Below, in pieces: positions 37,737-48,085 of a stretch of 64,000 bases of DNA. Made by a program: the position numbers and the translations under genes. Under the pieces are notes generated by a model, which worked only from the letters and a program-made list of their open reading frames with translations, did not search any database and was not told the DNA's origin. The DNA is from Candidatus Hermodarchaeota archaeon (lineage in GTDB: Archaea > Asgardarchaeota > Hermodarchaeia > Hermodarchaeales > Hermodarchaeaceae): contig JAEOTO010000031.1 of the NCBI GenBank assembly GCA_016839805.1, positions 64,001-128,000 on the forward strand, read 5' to 3'. Numbering within the stretch: the stretch's first letter is position 1; every line of letters begins with the position of its first letter.

Positions 37737-38258
37737 TCATTCTTCAAGGATGAATTCCCAAGCACACCACCATTCATCTGGATGTGGATCTGGGGGACAA
37801 CCAATACAGCGTGTCTTAATTCGTGAATCAATGGTGCGGGCAAATTCAGCATACTCAACCAAACCCACAGATTTACAGGGAAAATCAGCTAGACCCTTGC
37901 GTTTCCGTGCATCCTGGACGCGACATTTCTCCATGCGGAAAATGAATCGGGTGCTATTAATCTCCTCAATTGATTGTTTGTTCAAACGGGCATATACACG
38001 ATATTGTAGGGCTTGTTTAAGTCCAGCTAAACCGGAGTTAGGTTTTATACCGATTTCTTTCATTATTCGCTTCGCTTCAATAGGAGAAAATCGCCGCCAA
38101 GAATCAGTATCCAACTCTATCGCTGTATCAATATCGAACTTCTGCTCTGCTGCTAAAAACCAAGTGCCATCTATGGCTAACCAATTCTTGGCAAACATAT
38201 CAATGATGGTTAACAGCTCATCTCGACTAAGTTCTTCAAAAACAACTTGCTTTACCAA
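37737..38258 (-). CDS. DUF6125-like (V4R-like Cys) protein
   Basis: KNWLA.DG.WF, CRVQ.AR.RKGL..FPCK, C..CPPD, WCAWEF. Confidence 0.8.
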   Translation of the reverse strand: MVKQVVFEELSRDELLTIIDMFAKNWLAIDGTWFLAAEQKFDIDTAIELDTDSWRRFSPIEAKRIMKEIGIKPNSGLAGLKQALQYRVYARLNKQSIEEINSTRFIFRMEKCRVQDARKRKGLADFPCKSVGLVEYAEFARTIDSRIKTRCIGCPPDPHPDEWWCAWEFILEE

Positions 38259-38324
38259 AAAAGTGAAGCCTCCATGAATTCTATTGCTATGTAGGGATTT
38301 TAAACATAGCTGAAGTTAGAGTGA

Positions 38325-39287
38325 CTAGAAATCAATAGCTAATTGGAGTTCACGGACTAATTCTTTGTAGCGGTTTCGGACAGTGACTTCGGTTACCCGG
38401 GCCACCGCTGCGATTTCGCGTTGGGTCCGGCGTTCACCCTCCATGATAGCTGCAATATAAAGAGCTGATGCAGCAAGACCTGTAGGATCTTTACCAGCAG
38501 TAATTCCCTTTGCTTTGGCAGCATCAAGGATTTGGATAGCATTTCGCTGTACGCGGCTACTTAATCCGAGAGATTGAGAAAACCGTGGAATGAAGTTTGT
38601 CGGTTGAGAGACTGGCATTCGAACATCTAATCGTCTAAGCAGGAGACGGTAACATCGACCCAATTCTTTACGGTTAATTCGACTATGATACGCAATTTCG
38701 TCCAAGGTACACGGAGCTTCTCGAAGTCGACAAGCAGCGTACATAGCAGCGGCTATCATTGCATCAATACTACGACCTCGAATAAGTCGCCTTTCCAAAG
38801 CTCGGCGATACATCACAGCAGCGGTATCCTTCACGGTTCGAGATACACCTAGCTGACTGCTAAGACGATCTAATTCACTCATTGCGCTCGCAAGGTTGCG
38901 CTCAATACTTGAATGAACACGTGATCGACGCTGCCACTTGCGAAGCCGGTAAATTTCTGCACGTCGATTAGAATTAATTTGACGACCAGATGCGTCACGG
39001 TTACGCCAGTCAATCATAGTACTGAGATCATGATCCTGAAGAGCATAATTAATAGGACTACCTGTTCGGGCGCGTTTATCCCGTTCCTCACTGGTGAAAG
39101 CTCGCCATTCGGGCCCAGAATCTATGGCGTTAGTATCTAGAACTAACCCACAATTCGCGCAGGCGACTTCCCCACGACTCTCATCACGAATAGCATTAGT
39201 CGCACCGCAATCCGGACAGCGCTGGTGCTGCTGCTCCTCAAGGAAGTCGAGCCGATTTTTTTCATGAATTGGAGAATTTTCTTCCAT
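38325..39287 (-). CDS. tfb: Transcription initiation factor B, paralog 2
   Basis: CPDC/CANC Zn ribbon, GPEWRAF, GRS, GKDP.G, VTEVTVRNRYKE. Confidence 0.96.
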   Translation of the reverse strand: MEENSPIHEKNRLDFLEEQQHQRCPDCGATNAIRDESRGEVACANCGLVLDTNAIDSGPEWRAFTSEERDKRARTGSPINYALQDHDLSTMIDWRNRDASGRQINSNRRAEIYRLRKWQRRSRVHSSIERNLASAMSELDRLSSQLGVSRTVKDTAAVMYRRALERRLIRGRSIDAMIAAAMYAACRLREAPCTLDEIAYHSRINRKELGRCYRLLLRRLDVRMPVSQPTNFIPRFSQSLGLSSRVQRNAIQILDAAKAKGITAGKDPTGLAASALYIAAIMEGERRTQREIAAVARVTEVTVRNRYKELVRELQLAIDF

Positions 39288-39566
39288 AACACATTCTTCC
39301 TACTATTATATGGAAAGGACAGGTTAGGAGGTACGGTCCTTTGTATCAAGGTGTCAAAATGCTTCCGAGTTACCCTGACGGTCCAAATGGACGTAATGTG
39401 GTAAGGCATCTAGCGGTAGATAGCAAAGTTCGCCGCGATTCTCATTGATAACCTTATAAACTTTCCCATTTATTTACTAGTAAAACAAATATTTAAGTGT
39501 TTGCCTTTTCGTTTCCACCTCAAACTGCACTAGGTTCGCCTGAGAAGCCGTCGAGGGCCGCTTTTG

Positions 39567-40535
39567 TCAAATTTCGACTTCAAGCCCAAGGACGCGAACC
39601 ATTTCCTTGTAGCGGTTTCGGACAGTGACTTCGGTTACCCGGGCCACCGCTGCGATTTCGCGTTGGGTCCGGCGTTCCCCTTCTTGGATTGAGGCAATAT
39701 ACAGCGTAGAAGCTGCGAGTCCCGTGGGGTCCTTGCCCGCAGTGATGCCCCGTTTTTTAGCCAAACCAAGGATGCTGATAGCCCGACGTTGAACACGACT
39801 ACTGAGGCTGAGTGCCTGGGCAAATCGTGGAACGAAATCGGTAGGTTGAGAGATTGGTACACGCATATCGAGCTTTCGTAAGAGGAGTCGATAGCACCGA
39901 CCCAATTCTTTGCGGTTAATTCGACTATGATGGGCGATTTCATCAAGAGTTCGAGGAACTTGACGCAGACGGCAACCAGCATAGATGCATGCTGCAATCA
40001 TTGCTTCGATACTGCGTCCACGAATGAGATGACGTTCGACCGTGCGACGATATAAAATCGCAGAAGCTTCTTTAACGGGTCGCGGAGCGCTAAGCTGACT
40101 AGTAATACGGTCTAATTCACTCATAGCCCGAGCCAAATTCCGATCAATGCTTGAATGCACACGTGTTCGAATTTGCCATTTTCGGAGCCGATATATTTGC
40201 GCCCGAAGTCCCGGAGCTAATTTACGACCATTCGCATCTCGATCTCGCCAGTCAATGGTGGTACTCAAACCCTTATCATGACGTGTATAATCAATAGGAC
40301 CACCAGTTCGGGCACGCTTATCGCGTTCTTCACTCGTAAAGGCACGCCATTCAGGACCATGATCCATCATATGGGAATCAAGAACTAATCCACAATTGGT
40401 GCAAATGACTTCACCACGAACAGGATCACGAATCGTATCGGTACCCCCACAATCTGAGCAACCTACGATAATCTCCGTGGGTTCCCGAGATCGTTGGGTG
40501 CGTGCATATGAACCGGTTTGAGCAGGATTTGCCAT
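39567..40535 (-). CDS. tfb: Transcription initiation factor B, paralog 1
   Basis: CSDC/CTNC Zn ribbon, GPEWRAF, RLRKWQ, VTEVTVRNRYKE. Confidence 0.96.
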   Translation of the reverse strand: MANPAQTGSYARTQRSREPTEIIVGCSDCGGTDTIRDPVRGEVICTNCGLVLDSHMMDHGPEWRAFTSEERDKRARTGGPIDYTRHDKGLSTTIDWRDRDANGRKLAPGLRAQIYRLRKWQIRTRVHSSIDRNLARAMSELDRITSQLSAPRPVKEASAILYRRTVERHLIRGRSIEAMIAACIYAGCRLRQVPRTLDEIAHHSRINRKELGRCYRLLLRKLDMRVPISQPTDFVPRFAQALSLSSRVQRRAISILGLAKKRGITAGKDPTGLAASTLYIASIQEGERRTQREIAAVARVTEVTVRNRYKEMVRVLGLEVEI

Positions 40536-40858
40536 TTCTATTCTACCAATGAACGTGATATTTGCACGGAGGCGACATAGGCTCTCCTTTTGACAGATTC
40601 CTATCTTATGGGAGGAGTCCTTGCAGGGATTCGTAATAAGGGGATAACCTCTCCGAGCTCATGATAAGACACATATGGAGAGTGAGAGACGGTGTTATAT
40701 CTAAGCGAGTAACCCCGCGCGATCCTACGAAACGTTTTTAAGGTTTCGAGGTATCCTTCGGAGCTTTTCCTAGTATATAAATGTTTATTATAAACTCATA
40801 TTTTACGACTAAAAACGAAAACCAGTCCCGAATAATCCAAACCAGCCACAGTGACCTT

Positions 40859-41725
40859 TCAGATTTGCTTCTCACATGCATTGCAGAAACGCGATCCACG
40901 GATAACCGTAGCGTTACAGTGGGGGCATCGCGATTGACCAGCAGGAGCTTTCTGTCCAGTTCCCTTAAGATGTTTCTTTACTTTACCTTTAAGCCCAGAA
41001 ATGGCTTGGGCGCTAGGAGAACTCCCCTTCGACGGAGGGGGCGCTTCTTCGACGGCACGTGGTGCTGGCATAGGTGGTGGTGCTTCCATAGCCGTTGGAG
41101 GAGTAACGGGTGGGGCTGAGGTCTGAACAGCGGGAATCGCAGATTCGGCGTGTGGGGCTGGAACCGGCGTAAAAGCAGGCTCTGGAGCCGTCACTTCCGC
41201 TTCAGGAGCAGTGACAACATGGAGGGGAGGTGAACGAGTGAAAAAACCACTGATACCAGTTACTAACAAGCCAATAAAGCCGACAAAGGCAGATGCTACA
41301 GCGAATTCAAGGAATAGAGCAATTACTGATACCCCACCAGCGATAATACGTAGTGTTTCAGCAATCCCTGAAAGAGCTCCGAGAAATGGGATGTATGTGT
41401 TGACAAAACCTTGAAAGGCAGTCCAAGCAGCTTGAATTTGGTCCATAGATAGTGGGCCAAATTCTGTACCAGTCAATAGCGACGCGTTAGCCGCAAGGAA
41501 AATCATGAAACCCAGGTAAATCAGAAATGAAAAGAGAAGGAGATGTAGCACACGATAGCGTCCTCCAATCCCGATTACTAGACAGCATAAGATAAACCCA
41601 GTTAGCGGTAGCCACATTGCAATTTCTAGCGGGATGAATGTCAATCCCGTTAGGATGATAAAAACAATCAGCATGATTATACCGGAAAGGACTGCGAGAG
41701 GACTGCGGTCCATTGGAAGCACCAA
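40859..41725 (-). CDS. Membrane protein with a Pro-rich linker and C-terminal zinc ribbon
   Basis: 4-5 TM segments; CPHC...FCNAC. Confidence 0.75.
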   Translation of the reverse strand: MVLPMDRSPLAVLSGIIMLIVFIILTGLTFIPLEIAMWLPLTGFILCCLVIGIGGRYRVLHLLLFSFLIYLGFMIFLAANASLLTGTEFGPLSMDQIQAAWTAFQGFVNTYIPFLGALSGIAETLRIIAGGVSVIALFLEFAVASAFVGFIGLLVTGISGFFTRSPPLHVVTAPEAEVTAPEPAFTPVPAPHAESAIPAVQTSAPPVTPPTAMEAPPPMPAPRAVEEAPPPSKGSSPSAQAISGLKGKVKKHLKGTGQKAPAGQSRCPHCNATVIRGSRFCNACEKQI

Positions 41726-41854
41726 TACCTAGCATTCGTATAGACCGTTATTAAGTGCTTGGGCAACAACTTGGAATTGCATCGGAAAAAGATATAAACC
41801 GCAATTACTATTGCGTCCTCATCCTGATTCGATTTGAATGGAGGTGTAAGCTCT

Positions 41855-41938
41855 ATGCCGGTGTTAATCTTTCTCACTCAATGGCCCTGCTTGTTCTGTG
41901 GAGTCGGCATTACTGCTACCTCCGGAGACAGGCCCTAG
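41855..41938 (+). CDS. Putative 27-aa uORF (MPVLIFLTQWPCLFCGVGITATSGDRP)
   Basis: GGAGGTG at 41840-41846, 8 nt before the ATG; GAAAAAG-ATATAAA BRE/TATA at 41785-41798. Confidence 0.4.
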   Translation: MPVLIFLTQWPCLFCGVGITATSGDRP

Positions 41939-42077
41939 TATTACCCATTTTTGAGGGATTCCAGTTGCCCGCTCCCTTCCTCTGAATATTGAGCCTTCAG
42001 ACATTTCCTGCTCGAAGTCTGGGTATCTTGAGATTGTGGAGAGGCAAATAAACTCGTAAGAAAGGGATAGAAGAAAA

Positions 42078-42893
42078 GTGCCGAATAATCCAGCTCCGTA
42101 CATTAGCAAGCGCAGTCTAGCGCAACGAGAAATGAGTAAAGGTGATGGCCAACGGGGACGGTTAACAGATCTTCCCGAAATCACGCTCGCATCAGTGCAA
42201 ACGGACGCTATCGATTCCAAACTGGCAACAGACGTCACAGGAATAATAAGCGCCGGAAAAGAAGCCACCGTATTCTACGCGTTATGGCGAGATTTTCCCC
42301 TAGCCCTCAAGGTTTACCGGCTACATGCAACCCCACACGCGAAGAGTGGCAAGCGTAAGAAAATGGGCGGTGGAAAAAGAGGTTTTTCACAAGACATCAT
42401 GAGCTATTGGGCCTCACGAGAATTCTGGATACTTGACCGGGCATTTCGTGCTGGCATTGATGTTCCTACCCCAGCCCAACACGCAGATAATATGTTCACA
42501 GCACGATTCCTTGGAGACAATGGGACCCCAGCCCCTCTTCTAAAGGACGCAACTATTGAGCATCCGAACCGTCTCTTTGGTGCAATCATCGACCAAATCT
42601 TTGCCTTATACCGGACATTCATCATTCACGGCGATCTCTCAAGCTTTAACATCCTATACTTCCAAAAAGAACCATGGATCATAGACTTTCCACAGGCGAT
42701 TGATTTTGCTTCACGACCTGGACGTCACCGCGTGTTGGAACAAGGACGGCAAATTCTTCTTCGTGACATCACTAATATCGTCAAGTTTTTTGAACGGTAC
42801 GGAATCACTGCTGAAGCTGAAGCCCTATGTGTGGAATGTATGGAACAGGTCGATCTCCATGACTCCTTTAACCCGAAAACCCTCATACGCTAG
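42078..42893 (+). CDS. RIO-family atypical Ser/Thr kinase
   Basis: ISAGKEA.V, ALKVYR, HGDLS.FNIL, IIDFPQA. Confidence 0.92.
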   Translation: MPNNPAPYISKRSLAQREMSKGDGQRGRLTDLPEITLASVQTDAIDSKLATDVTGIISAGKEATVFYALWRDFPLALKVYRLHATPHAKSGKRKKMGGGKRGFSQDIMSYWASREFWILDRAFRAGIDVPTPAQHADNMFTARFLGDNGTPAPLLKDATIEHPNRLFGAIIDQIFALYRTFIIHGDLSSFNILYFQKEPWIIDFPQAIDFASRPGRHRVLEQGRQILLRDITNIVKFFERYGITAEAEALCVECMEQVDLHDSFNPKTLIR

Positions 42894-43702
42894 GCTGTAG
42901 GAAGAGCGAGCCGATCAGGGTGCGTGTAAACATTCATACGCCCACCCCGTACAAACCCAATCAACGTAATCCCAGCGGCATCCGCTAATTCAATACCCGA
43001 ATCCACGGCTGCACTAATCGATGCCAAAATTGGTATTTGGGCTACAGCCACCTTCAAAACCAAATCCGCAGTGAGACGTCCCGAACACACCATCATAAGT
43101 GAATTAAGATCTTCAGCCTGTTCCAGCCCTTTGCCTATTACTCGGTCTACAGCATTATGCCGACCTACATCCTCCGCAAGAATCACAAGGTCCCCATTTT
43201 GATCCGCTAACGCTGCACCATGAGTTCCTCCCGTTTCACGATATATTTCCATTTCAGCATTCAAGCTCTGCACTGCCTTACGAATTGAGTTTAGCTGCAC
43301 GGAATAAGGTGCTTCAACAGGGGGAAGATCACAAGCTTGCCATGTCCCAATGGCACTTTCCTCTGGGCCACACACCCCCGTTACTAGTCGTGCAGTAGGT
43401 CGAAGAGCTGCTAACTTTTCGCGAATGTTACAAGTCTCTGAAACCCGAACCTTAGCTAGCTGGCTACGAACTGTTATCTGAATAAGATCCAAGGGTGTTG
43501 ATACTAGACGCGATGTAAATAATAATCCCAATATCAGTAATTTCGGCTCATAAGGGATAGTCCGAATAAGGGCAAAGTTTTCCTCTCCCTGTGAATCCAT
43601 TAGGATGATTCGGAGCCCTGTTTCTCGTACAACTGGATCATGGATCTCTGTGCATTGATCTTCTTCACAGCGAAGGATTGGAAATTTTCGCGTTATTACC
43701 AT
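42890..43702 (-). CDS. fdhD: Formate dehydrogenase accessory sulfurtransferase FdhD
   Basis: TGGTHGAA, EDVGRHNAVD, SGR, TLIGFVRG..N.YT; start trimmed to MVITR. Confidence 0.9.
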   Translation of the reverse strand: MVITRKFPILRCEEDQCTEIHDPVVRETGLRIILMDSQGEENFALIRTIPYEPKLLILGLLFTSRLVSTPLDLIQITVRSQLAKVRVSETCNIREKLAALRPTARLVTGVCGPEESAIGTWQACDLPPVEAPYSVQLNSIRKAVQSLNAEMEIYRETGGTHGAALADQNGDLVILAEDVGRHNAVDRVIGKGLEQAEDLNSLMMVCSGRLTADLVLKVAVAQIPILASISAAVDSGIELADAAGITLIGFVRGGRMNVYTHPDRLALPTA

Positions 43703-43853
43703 CGGAATCAACTCATCCAGTACAACTTGGTATCTTAAGCTACTAGAAATAAATACTCGATTATTCGAGCACTCTCTTTTACGCGCTGCGCATGAACAAG
43801 GAAAGAATGAAGCTCTGATATTGTAAAAGCTCTGGATTATTACCGAAATTACG

Positions 43854-44339
43854 ATGAGACAACACGGTCTCATCTACTCACGAATTGGTAAAACCTTGTC
43901 AATAGTGCTAATCTCTGCTATCTGCGTTGTCATACTCCTCATTCTCATTTCCGTTATGTATCAAGTGACGTTTCCCTCAATCTTGAGCTTTGGCTGCTTC
44001 TGGTTTGTATTTCTGTGTTTGGCCTTTCCATTCAGCTTACTAGGTATATCTTATGAACTGAAGGTCGGAGATTTTCGTGTGGTTCCCGTTCCCGCAATCC
44101 TGATCAGTCTCACCCTCTGGGTCGTCTCTGGCGCCATCAATCCGTTGGAGTGTTCCGTTGGAGCTGAAATCTTCAAGTACTTGCCTACTGCTGCAGGATT
44201 TCGAATACTGACTGCAGTCATTTTCAACCGGGGTCTCCAGTACTTCAATGAAGCCCTATTCATCATTGGTGGCTGGTTGATAATCGGACTGATTGCTCTT
44301 GCGATCATTGTCACCAAGAATGTACGTGAAGGTCTCTAG
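43854..44339 (+). CDS. ABC-2 permease-like C-terminal fragment (possibly truncated)
   Basis: KTL, SG...PLE, KYLP.......L pattern; only 161 aa and no adjacent ATPase. Confidence 0.45.
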   Translation: MRQHGLIYSRIGKTLSIVLISAICVVILLILISVMYQVTFPSILSFGCFWFVFLCLAFPFSLLGISYELKVGDFRVVPVPAILISLTLWVVSGAINPLECSVGAEIFKYLPTAAGFRILTAVIFNRGLQYFNEALFIIGGWLIIGLIALAIIVTKNVREGL

Positions 44340-44771
44340 CTAACCTGTCATTTCTTTCCATGTAAAGAGCAAGGGAATGAGCACCAGGATCAAGATCGTA
44401 GTATTGAGCATCACATTGATGATGACTCCAAACCACCACGAAATCCCTGTATCTAACAGGTACCATAGGAGTACGCTTACGAGTACACAGTACCAGGCCC
44501 ATCCTTCTTGACTCCTGAAAGGAAAGTAGGCAATGAAGAACATGGTAATCCCCCACCCCATCACGGTTGCACCCCATGCACCATACACCCAGGCTTGAAA
44601 TGCTTGAGCGGGCGATGGGACAGGATTAGCTCCCCAGAACACCGGATTAATCTGAACATTGAAGAAGGCGAACACAATTGTCGAATTCAGTAATGCCATA
44701 ATTGTACCAAAGGCGATAATGAAGATACTCACGACTAGCAGCCAGTAACGCCACAATCGGAAATATGACAT
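44340..44771 (-). CDS. Hypothetical 4-TM membrane protein
   Basis: GAT.MGWG, PF....WAW, W...DT..S. Confidence 0.75.
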   Translation of the reverse strand: MSYFRLWRYWLLVVSIFIIAFGTIMALLNSTIVFAFFNVQINPVFWGANPVPSPAQAFQAWVYGAWGATVMGWGITMFFIAYFPFRSQEGWAWYCVLVSVLLWYLLDTGISWWFGVIINVMLNTTILILVLIPLLFTWKEMTG

Positions 44772-44843
44772 AAGGTAAACCTCAATTACTCTCTATGAGG
44801 TGCTAGGGATTATAAGCGTGAACTATGCAGACTATTCTCACAG

Positions 44844-45575
44844 GTGAAAAGACAAATGAAGATTCTGGCCCTCAATAGTAGTCCTCGAAAAGCGCGGGGT
44901 GGTACATCCCTTTTACTCAAGACATTCCTTGAAGGTGCTAAGGAGGCTGGAGCCGAGATTGCCCTCTTGTATGTCCATGACCTTAAAATCAAGCCCTGTC
45001 AAGGCTGTTTTGCTTGCTGGGTTAAAACCCCAGGTATTTGTGTCCAAAAAGATGACATGCAAGACCTGTTAGCAAAATGGCAAAAGGCAGATGTATTGGT
45101 ACTTGCCACACCAGTGTTTGTGGATGGAATGACAAGCACGATGAAAGCAGTGCTGGACAGGTCGATTCCGTTGGTGCAGCCTTTCTTTGAAATCCGCGAC
45201 GACCATTGCCGTCATCCTCTCTTACATGACCGGAAACCCATCAAGGTGGTTTTGGTCTCGGTTTCTGGTTTTACCGAATTGGATAATTTCGATCCATTGC
45301 TAGCTCACATTAAGGGATTCTGCAAGAATTTGAGCGGGGAATTTGTTGGTGCGATTCTTCGTCCGCTAGGAGCTCAACTCGAGGGGTTCAAACGCATGGG
45401 ATTACCTGTCGATGATATCTTTGACACCATCAAACAAGCCGGCAAAGAACTTATCCAAAAGGGGAGAATTAATTCTAAGATGCAAGAGAATATTAGTCGG
45501 GAGATTGTCCCCCGGGTGGAATACATAAAACGTCTGAATGCCGGTTTTCAACAGCAAATTGATGCCAACAAATAA
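44844..45575 (+). CDS. Flavodoxin-like iron-sulfur flavoprotein (Isf/WrbA family)
   Basis: SSPR..GGT, C.GC..CW....G.C..KDD, ATPV. Confidence 0.9.
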   Translation: MKRQMKILALNSSPRKARGGTSLLLKTFLEGAKEAGAEIALLYVHDLKIKPCQGCFACWVKTPGICVQKDDMQDLLAKWQKADVLVLATPVFVDGMTSTMKAVLDRSIPLVQPFFEIRDDHCRHPLLHDRKPIKVVLVSVSGFTELDNFDPLLAHIKGFCKNLSGEFVGAILRPLGAQLEGFKRMGLPVDDIFDTIKQAGKELIQKGRINSKMQENISREIVPRVEYIKRLNAGFQQQIDANK

Positions 45576-45592
45576 GCCGTATATAGACTAGC

Positions 45593-46270
45593 CTACGTTC
45601 TGGTTTTATTGTGAGTCTTTTTCTTTCGTCTTAACGGAGGGAAGAGACGGCCTGTGCGTTCCATATAGTCTCGATATTCATCGCCAAATTGTTCAATCAT
45701 CATCTCTTCCTCAACGCGCATACGAGATGTAACCACAATCAGACCAAGAAGAATAATGACTAAGAGAATAATGTTGAGGCAAATGAGGAACAATCCGAGG
45801 TTAAAGATGAAGTAGACCAGGTACATGGGATGGCGGATGTATTTGTATGGACCACTTGTGATTAGCGTATGACCTTCTTTGATTTCCAATGTTCCGGAGA
45901 CTTGTCGACCTAGATGGATGCCCACGCACGTAATCCCAAATATCATTGCTATACAGATTACCACACCTATCCATTGAATCCAAGCTAAATTTACTAAAAT
46001 CAGTTGAGTGACCGGAGGTATCAGGAAGGGAAACAGACTCCAGATTACAATAAACACAATCATAGCATAGACTACTACTATTCGTAAAATCACCAACCAC
46101 TTACTCTCGTATTTTACCTGATCAGTCCACCGTTCTTTTCGAGTTCGTTTCTGCCCAGGGGGTCGAGCTTTACGACCATAATATCCGCGAATCACCATGA
46201 ATACGATGAAGAGCATAAGCACCGCGAATTGAAAGAAAAGCGGTTCAAACATGATAACAACAGCCTCCAA
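45593..46270 (-). CDS. ICMT-family membrane methyltransferase
   Basis: H.LITSGPY..IRHPMY, EE..M..QFG..Y..Y...TGR..P. Confidence 0.88.
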   Translation of the reverse strand: MEAVVIMFEPLFFQFAVLMLFIVFMVIRGYYGRKARPPGQKRTRKERWTDQVKYESKWLVILRIVVVYAMIVFIVIWSLFPFLIPPVTQLILVNLAWIQWIGVVICIAMIFGITCVGIHLGRQVSGTLEIKEGHTLITSGPYKYIRHPMYLVYFIFNLGLFLICLNIILLVIILLGLIVVTSRMRVEEEMMIEQFGDEYRDYMERTGRLFPPLRRKKKTHNKTRT

Positions 46271-46418
46271 GTTAAGAAGTCTATCCTAAAAACAAGCATA
46301 TAAGCGGTTACACAAGTGCTATCGGAGCTTAGATATTAATGTTAACTGCGTTACAGAAAATCACTTAAGAACTTCAACGATAAAGCTCAGTTGCATTTGT
46401 GGATCAGGATGGAGTCTA

Positions 46419-48083
46419 ATGAAACGTGAACCGATTCGAGCCTACCGTGGTACCAAATTACATTGTAAGAATTGGCAGATCGAAGCCATTATTCGTATGC
46501 TCCAAAACAATTTGGATCCTGATGTGGCGAAGGATTGGGAGAATCTCATCGTGTATGGTGGCATCGGTCAAGCGGCTAGGAACTGGGATTGTTTCGATAA
46601 GATTGTGGAAACGCTGCTTGAGCTAGAGCCCGATGAAACGATGTTGGTTCAGTCTGGTAAGCCTGTCGCAGTTTTTAAGACCCACTCGGATGCGCCGCGT
46701 GCCCTCATCGCGAATTCTTTAATCGTTCCGTTCTGGGCTACTGAAGAGAACTTCCATAAGCTGTACAAGCAGGGCTTGACCATGTTCGGACAAATGACCG
46801 CAGGGTCCTGGATTTACATCGCGACTCAAGGAATCCTTCAAGGAACCTTTGAAACCTTTGCCGCAGTCGCAGACCGTCATTTTGGGGGTACTCTGAGAGG
46901 GAAACTGACACTCACTGGTGGCGTTGGAGCAATGGGTGGTGCACAACCATTGGCAGTTACATTCAATGAGGGCGTGGTCATTGCTGTTGATGTTGATGAA
47001 GCTGCCATCGATAAGAGGATGCGCGCCGGTTATTGTGAATTGAAAACTGATAGCCTTGACGAAGCGATATCCCTTGCTGAAGAAGCATTAGAAAAGCAAA
47101 TTCCCCGATCAATCGGGTTGGTCGGTAACACTGCTGAAACACACCCTGAAATCGTCAAACGTGGAATCAAAATAGATGTAGTAACCGACCAAACCGCCGC
47201 ACATGACCCATTAACAGGGTATTATCCAACAAGATATAGCAAGGAAGAAGCAGACCAGTTGCGAGAAAAGGACCCTGAGGACTATATTCGCCATTCGAAA
47301 GAGTCAATGCTCCACCATGTCAAGGCAATACTTCAACTCCAAGAACAAGGAACGATAGCGTTTGATTACGGGAATAACCTTCGGCAGCATGCAAGGAAAA
47401 TTGCTTGGGATGAGAAAAAGAACCGATGGAAGTATCCAGGTTTTGTCGAAGCGTATATTCGTCCGTTGTTCTGTGAAGGGAGGGGCCCCTTCCGATGGGT
47501 TGCTTTGTCCGGTGAACCTGCTGATATTTACAGAACGGATGATTTGATTCTCGAACTCTTCCCTGACAATAACATTTTGAAACGCTGGATTAAACTAGCA
47601 CATGAAAAGGTGCAGTTCGAAGGACTTCCTGCCCGGGTGTGTTGGCTTGGATATGGTGAACGGGCTAAGTTTGGCAAAGCTCTCAACGACTTGGTAGCAA
47701 GTGGAGAACTGAAAGCACCAATCGTTATCGGTCGTGACCATCTTGATGCCGGTTCTGTAGCTTCCCCGAATCGTGAAACAGAAAGCATGCGTGATGGTAG
47801 CGATGCGATTGCTGATTGGCCTGTATTGAATGTCCTTATCAATGCGGTCGCAGGGGCTACCTGGGTATCGCTGCATCAAGGTGGAGGTGTGGGCATTCCC
47901 TATGCTATCTCTGCTGGGCAAGTTTCAGTTGCAGATGGCACCAAAGAAGCTGAAAGAAGGTTACTTCGGGTGTTGACTACAGATCCTGGGATGGGTGTTG
48001 TTCGCCATGTTGATGCTGGGTATCCAGAAGCGATTAGTTTTGCCAAAAAACTGGGAATGAAAATCCCCTTTCTTAATCCATAG
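46419..48083 (+). CDS. hutU: Urocanate hydratase
   Basis: [46 protein letters not shown]. Confidence 0.97.
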   Translation: MKREPIRAYRGTKLHCKNWQIEAIIRMLQNNLDPDVAKDWENLIVYGGIGQAARNWDCFDKIVETLLELEPDETMLVQSGKPVAVFKTHSDAPRALIANSLIVPFWATEENFHKLYKQGLTMFGQMTAGSWIYIATQGILQGTFETFAAVADRHFGGTLRGKLTLTGGVGAMGGAQPLAVTFNEGVVIAVDVDEAAIDKRMRAGYCELKTDSLDEAISLAEEALEKQIPRSIGLVGNTAETHPEIVKRGIKIDVVTDQTAAHDPLTGYYPTRYSKEEADQLREKDPEDYIRHSKESMLHHVKAILQLQEQGTIAFDYGNNLRQHARKIAWDEKKNRWKYPGFVEAYIRPLFCEGRGPFRWVALSGEPADIYRTDDLILELFPDNNILKRWIKLAHEKVQFEGLPARVCWLGYGERAKFGKALNDLVASGELKAPIVIGRDHLDAGSVASPNRETESMRDGSDAIADWPVLNVLINAVAGATWVSLHQGGGVGIPYAISAGQVSVADGTKEAERRLLRVLTTDPGMGVVRHVDAGYPEAISFAKKLGMKIPFLNP

Positions 48084-48085
48084 AG

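Noticed and set aside
37286-38277. Long overlapping ORFs 37286-37858(-) and 37732-38277(+)
   Set aside because: Antisense to the recognisable mscL and DUF6125-like genes; no motifs
41960-41990. GGAAGGGAGC on the minus strand resembling SRP RNA helix 8
   Set aside because: The required CAGG-CCC 5' strand is absent, so the helix cannot form
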